Shown here piece after piece: positions 10,499 to 20,445 of a stretch of DNA of 64,000 bases; the stretch's first letter is position 1; each line of letters begins with the position of its first letter. This stretch comes from an uncultured Methylomirabilota bacterium. GTDB lineage: Bacteria > Methylomirabilota > Methylomirabilia > Methylomirabilales > 2-02-FULL-66-22. The stretch lies in assembly GCA_963705305.1 (NCBI GenBank), contig OY970067.1:4352001-4416000 (forward strand). The letters are read 5' to 3'. A program made the position numbers and the translations under genes. Below the pieces are notes generated by a model. The model saw only the letters and a program-made list of their open reading frames with translations. It did no database searches and was not told the origin of the DNA.

Positions 10499-11763
10499 GA
10501 ATATTGGCGAATAAATCGATCAAATGTCTCGAATAGGCGATCCATATTCTGCCGCTCAGCGAATGGATGCAGTCCTACGTAAAACCCGCGCTTATGGACA
10601 ATATCGGAACCGGGCAGGCAATCCTCCTGTAGTTCCGGAAACAGCCGGCACACGGGTTGGCGAGCCAGATTGCCAGCAACAATGGGACGCGTCTCGACAC
10701 CTTGCATTTCAAGGTAGGTCAACAAATCGGCTTTCGAAAAGGCGCAATCGGCGGTCAACAGAATCGGCAGTGCAAACCATGAGCACTCAGACTTTGGGTG
10801 CACCTCCATCGTGCGCATCAGATCGGCATGGCGGCGCAGATACTGCTGAAAGTACACTGCATTTGCAAGTCGCTGAGCGTGAAAAATCGGTAGGCGCTTC
10901 ATCTGCTCTAGGCCGAAGCCCGCTTGCAGTTCAGTAGGACGCACGTTTAACCCCCAGTTCAGGAACATATATCGCGGGTCCAAGTCGTCCTGAGTCTCGA
11001 TCGCAGTATACTTGGCGTTCCGCGCCCAACCGTGCGCACGGAGCAATCGAAAGACATCGGACAATGTCCGATCTTGGCACGCAATCATTCCGCCTTCCAT
11101 CGTAGTGATGTGGTGAGAGAAAAAAAAGGAGAAACTACCTGCAATTCCAAATGTGCCAACCGCTTTGCCCCTGAACATGGCACCCAGCGACTCGCAGCAG
11201 TCTTCAATTAACACTAAATCGTACTTTCGGGTGAGACCCAGAACGCGATCCATGTCGCAAGGGTTGCCCATCAAATGGACCAGCGAGATCATGCGGGTTC
11301 TGGGGCCGATTTTTGACTCCAAGTCATTCAAATCCATATTTAGAGTCTGCGGATCTGTGTCTACAAGCCGCACCTTCAACCCGGCCATCATCGCTGACCA
11401 GACCTGCGTGGGCCATGTCACAGAAGGAACCAAAATCTCATCGCCTGGCGCAAGCACTCTTGTTTGCGGATTCACTAACGCAAGTGCAATTAGCAGGTCT
11501 GCCGACGAGCCACTGTTCACCATAATCGCTTCCGCGCTACCTGCTGCTTCAGCGAACTGGCGTTCAAACTCCACTGTCTTCTCCCACATCGTAGTCCGGA
11601 ATGAACACAGCGAATCCACAGCTGCCAGGATCTCTTCCACATCATAGGTTGCCATGCTGAGAGGATACCAATATTTCTGTGGTTTGTAAGTATTGATGCG
11701 TGATCCCTCATCAATCAATGCTTGCAACGGCTCTCGCAATCGATTCGTGTATTCCAAATTCAT
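10495..11763 (-). CDS. colD: DegT/DnrJ family, ColD-type GDP-4-keto-6-deoxymannose 3-dehydratase
   Basis: VNSGSSA, EDCCES, and SFFFSHHITTMEGG with His where aminotransferases have the PLP Lys; adjacent to an fcl-like gene. Confidence 0.75.
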   Translation of the reverse strand: MNLEYTNRLREPLQALIDEGSRINTYKPQKYWYPLSMATYDVEEILAAVDSLCSFRTTMWEKTVEFERQFAEAAGSAEAIMVNSGSSADLLIALALVNPQTRVLAPGDEILVPSVTWPTQVWSAMMAGLKVRLVDTDPQTLNMDLNDLESKIGPRTRMISLVHLMGNPCDMDRVLGLTRKYDLVLIEDCCESLGAMFRGKAVGTFGIAGSFSFFFSHHITTMEGGMIACQDRTLSDVFRLLRAHGWARNAKYTAIETQDDLDPRYMFLNWGLNVRPTELQAGFGLEQMKRLPIFHAQRLANAVYFQQYLRRHADLMRTMEVHPKSECSWFALPILLTADCAFSKADLLTYLEMQGVETRPIVAGNLARQPVCRLFPELQEDCLPGSDIVHKRGFYVGLHPFAERQNMDRLFETFDRFIRQYS

Positions 11764-11777
11764 TGCATACCCCGTGG

Positions 11778-12734
11778 TTAGGCAGGATAACGTCGTTCAA
11801 AGTCTGCAACGACAGTCCGTATGCCTTCCTCAAGTCCAATCTTGTGCCTCCAACCGAGTGCGTGCAATTTACTGACGTTTAGAAGCTTACGTGGCATGCC
11901 GTCTGGCTTGGTGCCGTCCCACTCCAGTCTCCCTGCGTAGCCCACAATCCGAGCAACCGTCTCTGCCAGCTTACGGATTCTGAAATCCTTTCCTGACCCA
12001 ACGTTAATAAAATCTGGCGAATCATATTGCTGCAACAAAAACAAGCAAGCATCTGCCAAATCATCCACATGCAAGAACTCTCGGTGAGGATTGCCTGTGC
12101 CCCACAAGGTCACACTTGGCGTGTTGCTTCGTCTGGCCTCCATAAGCCGGCGTACAAGGGCCGAGACGACATGCGAACGCTCGAACTCAAAGTGGTCACC
12201 CGGCCCATACACATTGCACGGCATCGGGCATATCACATTTAGCCCATACTGCTGACGTAGCGCCTGTGCCAGCCGAATTCCTGCGATTTTCGCAATTGCA
12301 TAGGATTCGTTCGTCGGCTCTAACGGACCATGCATAAAATAGTCCTCGCGCATGGGTTGCGGAGTCTCCCTGGGATAGATGCATGAACTCCCCAAGAAGA
12401 TTGCCTTGGTCACTTGGAAATGCTGGCATGCTTCCAGTACATTGTTCTGGATTTTCAGATTCTCCAGCAGGAAATCCACTGGTGCAGCTATGTTCGCGGC
12501 AATCCCGCCGACTTTGGCTGCTGCGAGGATGACAAATTGTGGGCGCGTACTTTCAAAAAGGGTCCGGACCGCACATCGTGAAGTCAAATCAACCTCTTCC
12601 CTAGAGCGCAGAATGAGGCCCTCAAAGCCATTTTGGGTGAACTTACGAGTAAGTGCGGAGCCGACCAACCCCCGATGACCAGCAATATAGATGCTCGATT
12701 CGAGATTCAGATTACGCATCGTCCTAGCCTCCAC
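11778..12734 (-). CDS. fcl: GDP-L-fucose synthase (Fcl/ColC-type epimerase-reductase)
   Basis: AGHRGLVGS, AAKVGGI, GSSCIYP, YAIAK, WGTG.P.REFLHVDD. Confidence 0.93.
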   Translation of the reverse strand: MEARTMRNLNLESSIYIAGHRGLVGSALTRKFTQNGFEGLILRSREEVDLTSRCAVRTLFESTRPQFVILAAAKVGGIAANIAAPVDFLLENLKIQNNVLEACQHFQVTKAIFLGSSCIYPRETPQPMREDYFMHGPLEPTNESYAIAKIAGIRLAQALRQQYGLNVICPMPCNVYGPGDHFEFERSHVVSALVRRLMEARRSNTPSVTLWGTGNPHREFLHVDDLADACLFLLQQYDSPDFINVGSGKDFRIRKLAETVARIVGYAGRLEWDGTKPDGMPRKLLNVSKLHALGWRHKIGLEEGIRTVVADFERRYPA

Positions 12735-13066
12735 ACAACTGCGGGAGGATGATATAGATGGCGGCCGCTATGCGGTCCTCGGATTTGTCCATTATCCACC
12801 GTCCACGGCATTCTGTCTGCTCCTAAGCCAATACGAGCTTCGAACCTTCAACCCGCTGCATCCATCCTACAAGGCATGCACCACTATGATCTACCCACTG
12901 TATCGCTCCCGGTTTCTTTCCCGCGATCACCCTCCTTCTGCCTCCCCATTGTACGCGAGCTGGGTGTCCAAAGAAACCGGGTCCGATCGACCACCGTGCT
13001 CCAATAGGGTCGTGGCCTATGTGGAGCCAATCTAACCCTCGCCCCGGGTCATCAGAACTCGCCCGT

Positions 13067-14137
13067 TCAGCCTCTGCCCTCCTCAAGCGGTTCTCGCCGC
13101 CGCTGCAAATGGCGTTCGTACGCTTGCAGCACTTGCCGTCCCATAAAGGCGCCTAATCCCAGCCAGCTGCTCATCAGAAAGCCAATCCCAGCCAGGAGGA
13201 GGGCCAGGCGACGCGGACGCTCCCGAGCAGTCACAAGATGCCGCCAACACAAGGCATTACGCAGCCGGACTTTTGCCTCTGCTACCTGACCTTGCGCTAG
13301 CAGATTCATCGCGCACAGCACCTGGTCAGCGCTGCGCTCCATCTGATACACTGCTAACGACTGCGGCTGTACGATTTGCCGCAGCTCAGGCTGAGCCAGA
13401 TAATAATCTAGCGTCACGAATAGATGCGCCAGATATGTTCTGCGCCTGTTGAGCTGGGCGCTTCCCTGGTGGACGCTGATCCGGTACCGATGTAAAGGCT
13501 CATCAATGATTCCGATCGGTCCCCATCGTGCCATCCGCAGATACAAATCAATGTCAGACGCAGATGCAAACTGTTCCCAACGGAAAACCCCAACGGCATC
13601 AATGACTTGACGCCGCGTCATCATCGTGGGTACAGGAGTAATGGTGCCGTATTTCAACACGGCATTGAAAAACAATGGAAAGTTGAAATATTCTTGCCCC
13701 CGCAATTCTTGCGGCAAGCGCGTACTACCCAATCGAATGGGGCGATCCAGTTCGTCAATCATTTGTATCATGGTAAAAACTGCACTGATTTGGTGGTGCG
13801 TTTGCAGGAACTCGACTTGCCGCCGCACCATCGTGGGCGTGTACAAATCATCAGCGTGATAGAGTGAAATGAGTGGGCCCCGCGCGAACGAAAGCACGCA
13901 GTTCCAATTGCTCTCTCCACATGCCTCCAGTTTGGGATTCAAGCAATACTTGACCCCGCGTCCGGCATATTCCTGCACGATCTGAGCCGTATCATCCGTC
14001 GAGCAATTGTCAGAAACAATCACTTCATAGTTCGGATAGTCCTGCGCCAGAATTGAATCCAACGTCCGCCGGATCGTTTGACTTCCATTGCGAACTGGAA
14101 CGCACACGGTGACTAAAGGCATAATCATTGAGTTCAC
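13067..14137 (-). CDS. Glycosyltransferase family 2
   Basis: VCVPVRN, SDNCSTD, HADD. Confidence 0.9.
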   Translation of the reverse strand: MNSMIMPLVTVCVPVRNGSQTIRRTLDSILAQDYPNYEVIVSDNCSTDDTAQIVQEYAGRGVKYCLNPKLEACGESNWNCVLSFARGPLISLYHADDLYTPTMVRRQVEFLQTHHQISAVFTMIQMIDELDRPIRLGSTRLPQELRGQEYFNFPLFFNAVLKYGTITPVPTMMTRRQVIDAVGVFRWEQFASASDIDLYLRMARWGPIGIIDEPLHRYRISVHQGSAQLNRRRTYLAHLFVTLDYYLAQPELRQIVQPQSLAVYQMERSADQVLCAMNLLAQGQVAEAKVRLRNALCWRHLVTARERPRRLALLLAGIGFLMSSWLGLGAFMGRQVLQAYERHLQRRREPLEEGRG

Positions 14138-14330
14138 CTAAACCCATTCTGAAAATATCTAACCGCAAGATACCAAGACTACCATGGCCGGAATGGGCGG
14201 AACGCCCAGGGACTGGAACTGCGTCAAATCCCCTGAGGGAGCTTTCCGGAGCTTGGAGTCAAAACCGTTGAACTCGATGAATTGTGGAACCCTGGCGTCA
14301 TGGCGGTTCAAGAGTTTTCCCGGTTCAGGG

Positions 14331-14640
14331 TTAGATCAGGGCCAAATTAATCAATCTATCCGGATCCAGGCCGGAAGCATGTCGCAGATACACCTGTGTG
14401 CTAACCCTATGAAAAACAGAGCCCGACAAGCTGACCCGCTTTAGGCAGGGGGTAGCCACGTCCAGCTGCTCCAGCATCGACGCAACTGCTTCGCCCAATC
14501 CCCCAGCGCGACCATGCTCCTCACCTGTCACTTATTGAGTGAATGAAGAACCGCCACGCCATTCTCGCAAACCAACGTCCAACCATTGCCTGCGCATCAC
14601 AACACACGCACCATCCCAAGCCGACTGCAACTGCGCCGCA
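14331..14640 (-). pseudogene. Transketolase C-terminal domain remnant
   Basis: EEHGRAGGLGEAVA motif in a short broken frame. Confidence 0.5.
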
Positions 14641-14649
14641 TATCTTCGC

Positions 14650-15168
14650 TCACAAAAAGCGCTTATAAATGTCATGAACCGCCAAGAGCTCTTTCGGGCA
14701 GCCGATGTGCCATTTCCACTGATCAGCCATTGGCCTTCCGGAGTTATAGCGGCGACTCTCGGGAAGTGGCGTTGTCAATGAGCATCGAAAGAGGAACGAA
14801 ATGAAGTGGCCGCGAATCTCATGGTCCGGACGAATGATCTCATTCAGCGCCAACGGGGCGGGCTCAATGAACACGTCCGCGCCGAGTTCACTCAAAGCCA
14901 CCGCTCTCGCTCGAGTCTCAAGGCGCTCCTTGAACCGGACAATGCCTCCGGGCAACTGCCAGCCCGCTCCATAATGGTCATCCTCCCGCCATGTCAGCAG
15001 ATTTCGCCCCTGTGAGTCCCTAATAAGCAAGTCCACATTCACCATCGGGGTCAATTTGCTAACAAGTAGGAAGACATCAAGGGGTAGGCCTCGCGTCGGA
15101 TTCTCTATCCGGCGCCACAGTTGATCTACCAGGAGTGGGATATCATTGGCCATGGCGTTGTCCCGCAT
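14650..15168 (-). CDS. NUDIX hydrolase, GDP-mannose mannosyl hydrolase-like
   Basis: TPMVNVDLLI, WQLPGGIVRFKERLE..A..VA.SELG; start chosen after an AAGGA RBS. Confidence 0.8.
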   Translation of the reverse strand: MRDNAMANDIPLLVDQLWRRIENPTRGLPLDVFLLVSKLTPMVNVDLLIRDSQGRNLLTWREDDHYGAGWQLPGGIVRFKERLETRARAVALSELGADVFIEPAPLALNEIIRPDHEIRGHFISFLFRCSLTTPLPESRRYNSGRPMADQWKWHIGCPKELLAVHDIYKRFL

Positions 15169-15191
15169 CGTCCTTGCATGCGCGTGCGTAA

Positions 15192-16554
15192 GGGATTGGT
15201 AAATAATAACATTTACATATGGCGATTTGGCAACAGGGGTGCCATGCCGACCGTTACCCCGTCGGGCGCGGCTCGAGGGTGTAGTTCCAATCGCCATGAA
15301 AGGCATGGGGGTTCAGGTGCAAGGCGCGCATCTCGGCAGCCGCGATCTTCTGTCCGGCTTCGTACTCCATGGTATCCAGGCGCGCTTTGACCTTGAGCCC
15401 ACTCTTGGTCGTGGTGCCCCCAATGAGATTGACGACGGCCTCGAAAGTGAGGAGCGGGCGGCCCCGCCAGTTCATGCTGATGAAGGAAAACAGGCGATGC
15501 TCCACCTTGTTCCACTTGCTGGTCCCAGGCGGGTAGTGGCACACGGTCACCGGGATCCCGAGCCGATCCGCGAGGGCTTGCAGGTGCGCCTTCCACGCGC
15601 GGAGCCGCGTCCCATTGCTGCCGCCGGCATCGGCGCAGATCAGCAGGCGCCGGGCCTGGGGGTACGCCTTCCGCCCCAGGAGGCGCCACCACCGGCGAAT
15701 GCTCTCGACGGCGAATTCCGCCGTCTCGTGCGTCATGCCCACGTTGACCATCGCTTCGTCGCGGGCCACGTCATACGTCCCGTAGGGGATCGCCTTGCCC
15801 ACGCCCGCTCCCGGGAAGTCGTGGACCGAGACGGCCTCGGGCTGCCCTGTCGGCTGCCAGCGGCGGCCGCGATTCTCAAAGGTTCCGACCAACTCCTTCT
15901 TCTTGGTGTCCACGCTGATGACCGGGTCGTGGCTCCGCACATAGCGCCGGATCTGGTCATTGAGGTACCGAAACTGGGCGTCCCGATCGGGGTGCTGGGT
16001 CCCTTCGAGGGTCTTCACGTTCGCCTGCAACGAGTAGCCCAGCTCGCGCAGACAGCGCGCGACCGTGACATGGGACACCGCGTACCCGTGGCGCCGGAGC
16101 TCCTCGGCGAGGGTACGGGTGGACTTGTTCGTCCACAGCAAGTAACTCATCGGATTGCCCGGGGTGCTGGCCTCCACCAACCGCGTCAGCACGCGCTTGA
16201 CCCGCGGGGCGGCCTCGTCGACCCGCTTGCGCCCCCCGCCCCCCGCGCGGATCCGCCCGGCCTCTGCTGGGGCCGGCAACCGGTCACTCGCCAACTCCGC
16301 GATGCCCTTCAGAATGGTGGGCCGCGACATCCCGGTCAGTCGGCACAGGCGACTGATCGCCCCCCGACCTTCTTCGAGGGCCTTCTGGGCCACAAACACC
16401 CGGGCCTGCGCCTCATTCAACGTGCCCAGCACACGCAGCCAGTGGCGTTCCATCTCCGGTACGGTCGCTGTCGCCGCCATCTTCGTATAGTCTCTCACGG
16501 GCGACAGTATACTCGCGGATTCCCACTTTGTAAACTTTATTATTTACCGGGCCC
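15192..16554 (-). mobile_element. ISAzo13-family insertion sequence, apparently complete
   Basis: Imperfect terminal IRs (GGG...GGTAAATAATAA.. TTTACA) at 15192-15217 and 16529-16554; 3-bp TAA target duplication at 15189-91 and 16555-57. Confidence 0.88.
15254..16498 (-). CDS. ISAzo13-family DDE transposase
   Basis: HPDRDAQF, ISVDTKKKELVG, ADAGGSNG, HYPPGTSKWNKVEHRLFS. Confidence 0.93.
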   Translation of the reverse strand: MRDYTKMAATATVPEMERHWLRVLGTLNEAQARVFVAQKALEEGRGAISRLCRLTGMSRPTILKGIAELASDRLPAPAEAGRIRAGGGGRKRVDEAAPRVKRVLTRLVEASTPGNPMSYLLWTNKSTRTLAEELRRHGYAVSHVTVARCLRELGYSLQANVKTLEGTQHPDRDAQFRYLNDQIRRYVRSHDPVISVDTKKKELVGTFENRGRRWQPTGQPEAVSVHDFPGAGVGKAIPYGTYDVARDEAMVNVGMTHETAEFAVESIRRWWRLLGRKAYPQARRLLICADAGGSNGTRLRAWKAHLQALADRLGIPVTVCHYPPGTSKWNKVEHRLFSFISMNWRGRPLLTFEAVVNLIGGTTTKSGLKVKARLDTMEYEAGQKIAAAEMRALHLNPHAFHGDWNYTLEPRPTG

Positions 16555-16580
16555 TAAGGGAAAGAAGCCCATTCGAGGCG

Positions 16581-17663
16581 CTAGAGCCCACGATTGTAAA
16601 TGAGCGCCCTGAGGTGCTCGTTCTTTCCGTATGGTGTATCAACCACTTCGATCATCAAGGGCGCATCCTTTGGGCAGGCCTTGATGATCCTCTGCCCGTG
16701 CATAATCTCCCTGCAGGACAGTTGACCTTTCTGCAGGGGGATTGCCAAGTACACATCCTCATCAGACAGGACATGATCAACATCCAAATCGCGCCGCGCA
16801 TACACGCCGCGGACAAGCAAGTCCAGGTACTTCGTTTCCTTATCAGGTACTAAACGGCGCTGCGATCCGGGCGCGCCGCACATTTCCTTTGCCTTTTGCC
16901 AGGCCTTAAACCAGCTATCAATTTGCTCGGGCAGCGAACAATATGGCGAAACCGGAATCCCGTCGTCGTTAATGTCGATGTGCCGCTCAAACATCCGGGC
17001 GCCCTTCGCGTAGGCAATCATGATTGAGGACGTCCAGTCGTGATACTCGTGCGTGGAGAAACCGATGGTGTTGTTCGGATACCGGTGCTTGAAGAAATCA
17101 ATCTGATTGAGTTCGAGCTCCGAATCCTCGGACGGGTAGATCGAGACACAATGGTTAATCGCCAGCGGTATGTTGCGATTCGAAAAGAAGGTCACAAGGT
17201 CGTCAATATCCTTCATGGGGGAGCCGCCGGTCGAGACGACGACGGGCTTGCGTGTCTTCGCGATCTTCTCAATCAGAAACCAATCGTTCAGATCCGAACT
17301 CGCAAGTTTAATGATGGGCAGACCAAGTTCTGCACAAATATCCACCGAAGCCTCGTCGAAGGGGGTCGCTATTGGAATGCAGCCACTCTCGCGGATGGCA
17401 TGGGTCAACCTGGCAAGGTCGTCGTGAGAAAGCTGAGTGTCAAGAGTCTTCTTGATGTACCGAATGTCCGTACGGCATCGAAATTCCTTATGGATGAAGG
17501 TGTCTGCGTCGCGAATCTGCAGCTTGATAGCTGCGCGCAGATTATTGAAGCGGACAACACGACTGTAGTCCGCGATGATCTTGAGGCCGCGTTCCAGCTT
17601 GCCCCAGTGGTTGTTAGCCAACTCGAGCACAAACAGGTCCTCGAAGATGTCCCGGTCAATCAT
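16581..17663 (-). CDS. N-acetylneuraminate synthase (NeuB/SpsE) family with C-terminal SAF-like domain
   Basis: [39 protein letters not shown]. Confidence 0.88.
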   Translation of the reverse strand: MIDRDIFEDLFVLELANNHWGKLERGLKIIADYSRVVRFNNLRAAIKLQIRDADTFIHKEFRCRTDIRYIKKTLDTQLSHDDLARLTHAIRESGCIPIATPFDEASVDICAELGLPIIKLASSDLNDWFLIEKIAKTRKPVVVSTGGSPMKDIDDLVTFFSNRNIPLAINHCVSIYPSEDSELELNQIDFFKHRYPNNTIGFSTHEYHDWTSSIMIAYAKGARMFERHIDINDDGIPVSPYCSLPEQIDSWFKAWQKAKEMCGAPGSQRRLVPDKETKYLDLLVRGVYARRDLDVDHVLSDEDVYLAIPLQKGQLSCREIMHGQRIIKACPKDAPLMIEVVDTPYGKNEHLRALIYNRGL

Positions 17664-17934
17664 GGGCGTCAGCCTCCCAACGCGAAAATGCGGTTATACT
17701 CGGGCGGGGTGGCATAGATGACCATATCAACGCTGTCGAAGGCATAAGGCCTAGATGTGGTTAATAATTCAACCGCGATCTTTCATGCGCAGCCGCAGGA
17801 AGTACATACCGGACCATCTTGCCCCGCCTCGAAATGATCGCATGAATATCACGTCTCACATTCCCCGCGCTGTGCAGGATCACACTCGATCGATTTGCGG
17901 GACCTGTCGATGACTTAAGGAATCCTTCTCCTAT

Positions 17935-18603
17935 TCATGGCTTCCCAGCTGTGAACAGTTCAAGCAAATCGGAGAGTTTATCGCAAACCAACGCCACCGG
18001 GAACTCTGCTTGCCGATGCGCCTCACCGTATCCGCCGCCGACCGCGGCGAAGATGAGCCCCGAGGCCGCCGCAGCGCATGCGTCGTCTACCCCATCCCCG
18101 ACTAGCACACTGCATCTCGGGTCCAGCTGGTATTGACTAAGGAGCACATGCACCGCCTCCAACTTGGATGAGAAAGGAGGGGTTCGCGAGTCAGGTGAAA
18201 GAAACACCCGAAAGTACTGATCCAGTCCGCAATATGTGAGGATCCGTCGCGTTGCCAATCCTGGTTTGTTGGTCACTCCATAACAATTCACTCCACGCTT
18301 CACCAACAGCGACAGCGTTTCCACTACACCTGGATAGACGGTTGTCTTCCTCCATCCGTCGGTGTCGTAGTGCTCTCTGAACGCTCGCTCCAATTGGCCA
18401 ATCGTGTCCGAATCCGCCTCCGGCAATGCCTGGCAAAACATCTCGCGAACCGGTGGTCCGATGAGCGTACCAAAGGAGGGGCATGCCTGGCCCGGCAGGA
18501 CAGATTCCCAGGCTGTTTTGGCGGACCAATCAATTCCCGCCATGGAGTCCACTAGAGTCCCATCCAGGTCAAAAATGGCATTCGAAACAACTGCGATGGG
18601 CAT
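17935..18603 (-). CDS. HAD-family hydrolase (phosphoglycolate phosphatase-like)
   Basis: FDLDGTLVD, VTNK, VGD...D. Confidence 0.88.
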   Translation of the reverse strand: MPIAVVSNAIFDLDGTLVDSMAGIDWSAKTAWESVLPGQACPSFGTLIGPPVREMFCQALPEADSDTIGQLERAFREHYDTDGWRKTTVYPGVVETLSLLVKRGVNCYGVTNKPGLATRRILTYCGLDQYFRVFLSPDSRTPPFSSKLEAVHVLLSQYQLDPRCSVLVGDGVDDACAAAASGLIFAAVGGGYGEAHRQAEFPVALVCDKLSDLLELFTAGKP

Positions 18604-18619
18604 GTTGTCATCTCCTCCA

Positions 18620-20425
18620 CTAGGGCTCGTATGGAGGGATTAGCAGATTGTCGAGCAGTTCTTCCCGCGGCAGAAATGGATACAAGTCCTCGAGGGGGGC
18701 TGACACGATGCGGCCATCCGGCAACTGCCTCGAACTTAGCTTGGGCTCGAACTCCTGCTCTGGATCGAGCATCACTTCACACACGTAAGGACCAGGAGAA
18801 TCCAGCGCACGATCAACCGCGGACATGAACTCAGGCCCCTCAATTCGCACCGCCGGGAGCTCATAGGCTGTTGCCACCTTCATCATGTCGGGGAAGGAAA
18901 CCCCGCTCCTAGGGCTCTCCCCCACATATCGCTTGAAGAAATTGCTCTGCGTCAGGCGAATAGAAAGATAGCCGTCGTTGTTCAGGACAAAGAGTTTGAT
19001 CGGAAGCTGATGATGGGCCACGGTCTGAAGTTCCTGGATGTTCAGTTGGACACTCCCGTCTCCCGCGAGGCAAATGACCCGCCCCCCATCCCTGGCAACG
19101 GCAGCACCCACCGCCGCGGGCAGGTCGTGCCCCATCGACGCGCTGCCCGAGTTTGAGAAGAGCCGTTGCCCTCGCTTGATAGCAGCAACCTGGAAAGTCA
19201 CGATGCAGGCGGTGGCATTGCCGCAGACGACTATGTCGTCAGCGCGAAGGCGTCGGAACAGCAAGTCAATGAAGTGATAGGAGTTGATCAATCGTGAGGG
19301 TACTCGATGCTTGGGGAGAACAGCAGGATAGCGAGCGACGCGCTCCCTGCACCAGGCGAGCCAGGACGCATGGCGAGTCGCATCCCAGCCGACCACAGGC
19401 AGTTGCCGGCCCAACTCTTCGAGGAACACCCGGGCATCGCAATGGATCGCCATGTCGGGTCTGATCGTCGGCTTGTCCAGTTCCGCCGGATCCACATCCA
19501 CCTGGATCTTATACGCATGGCGCGCGAAAGCCTTCCAGTTGTAGCTCACTTGCCGGATGTTCAGCCGGCTGCCGATGATCAGCAGGGTGTCGGAATTCTG
19601 AACCGTAAAGTTACCTGCGCGTTCGCCAATCGTGCCCGGGCGACCGCAAAAGAGCGGGTCATCCGAAGCAATCAAATCATGAGTCCACGCTGTGGTAACC
19701 GGAATATCGAGCTGATGAACGACTGCTTCAAACACCTCCACTGCCTTCGCGTGCCGGACTCCACTACCTGCCATGATCACTGGCCGTGCCGATGCCTTGA
19801 GTCGTTCGAGAACTTGGCGACACTGTACGGCCACCACATCCGAGTCCCACCCTGACGGTTCCTCGGCGGGATCATAGCCCATCAACTCGTCAGGATCGAT
19901 GCGACTCGCCTGCACGTCAATTGGAATGTCCAGCCAGCATGGGCCGGGCCGTCCACTCGTGGCCAGATGTAATGCCTTTTCAAGATGGTACCGGATCGAC
20001 GAGGGGTCATGCACGAGGACGGCATATTTCGTGATGCCCTTCACCATACGTATGATATCCGCCTCTTGGTCGCCCATTTGGCGCAGATCCGGCAAGGTGT
20101 AGGATGCCATGCAGGTCTCCCGCTTCACCTGGCCAGAAACGACGAGTACCGGAATGGAGTCCGTCCAAGCCCCAAAGACTCCATTGAGCGCATTGATACC
20201 ACCGGGACCAGTGGTTACAACCGCCACGCCGATTCCGCCCGTTGTTCTCGCATACCCTTCGGCGGCCATGGTACTGGCCTGCTCGTGGTGATTGTGGATG
20301 CACCTGAGCAAAGGGCTATGGCCGAAAGAATCGTTCAGGTGCATCGCCCCGCCACCGGTCACCGTGAATACGTGACGCACACCATACTCGGCGAGGCGCC
20401 TCACCAGATAATCGGAGAGCTTCAT
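18620..20425 (-). CDS. ThDP-dependent acetolactate-synthase-like enzyme (YerE-like)
   Basis: VTGGGAMHLND, HHEQAS.MAAEGY, TTGPGG.NA, GDGS.QLNIQEL...NNDGY; true start at MKLSD rather than the ORF-track start. Confidence 0.85.
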   Translation of the reverse strand: MKLSDYLVRRLAEYGVRHVFTVTGGGAMHLNDSFGHSPLLRCIHNHHEQASTMAAEGYARTTGGIGVAVVTTGPGGINALNGVFGAWTDSIPVLVVSGQVKRETCMASYTLPDLRQMGDQEADIIRMVKGITKYAVLVHDPSSIRYHLEKALHLATSGRPGPCWLDIPIDVQASRIDPDELMGYDPAEEPSGWDSDVVAVQCRQVLERLKASARPVIMAGSGVRHAKAVEVFEAVVHQLDIPVTTAWTHDLIASDDPLFCGRPGTIGERAGNFTVQNSDTLLIIGSRLNIRQVSYNWKAFARHAYKIQVDVDPAELDKPTIRPDMAIHCDARVFLEELGRQLPVVGWDATRHASWLAWCRERVARYPAVLPKHRVPSRLINSYHFIDLLFRRLRADDIVVCGNATACIVTFQVAAIKRGQRLFSNSGSASMGHDLPAAVGAAVARDGGRVICLAGDGSVQLNIQELQTVAHHQLPIKLFVLNNDGYLSIRLTQSNFFKRYVGESPRSGVSFPDMMKVATAYELPAVRIEGPEFMSAVDRALDSPGPYVCEVMLDPEQEFEPKLSSRQLPDGRIVSAPLEDLYPFLPREELLDNLLIPPYEP

Positions 20426-20445
20426 CGAATGGCCCTTCATCACGG

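Noticed and set aside
11119..11127. Poly-A tract in colD as a phase-variation site
   Set aside because: It encodes the conserved SFFFSHH motif in frame; there is no evidence of slippage.
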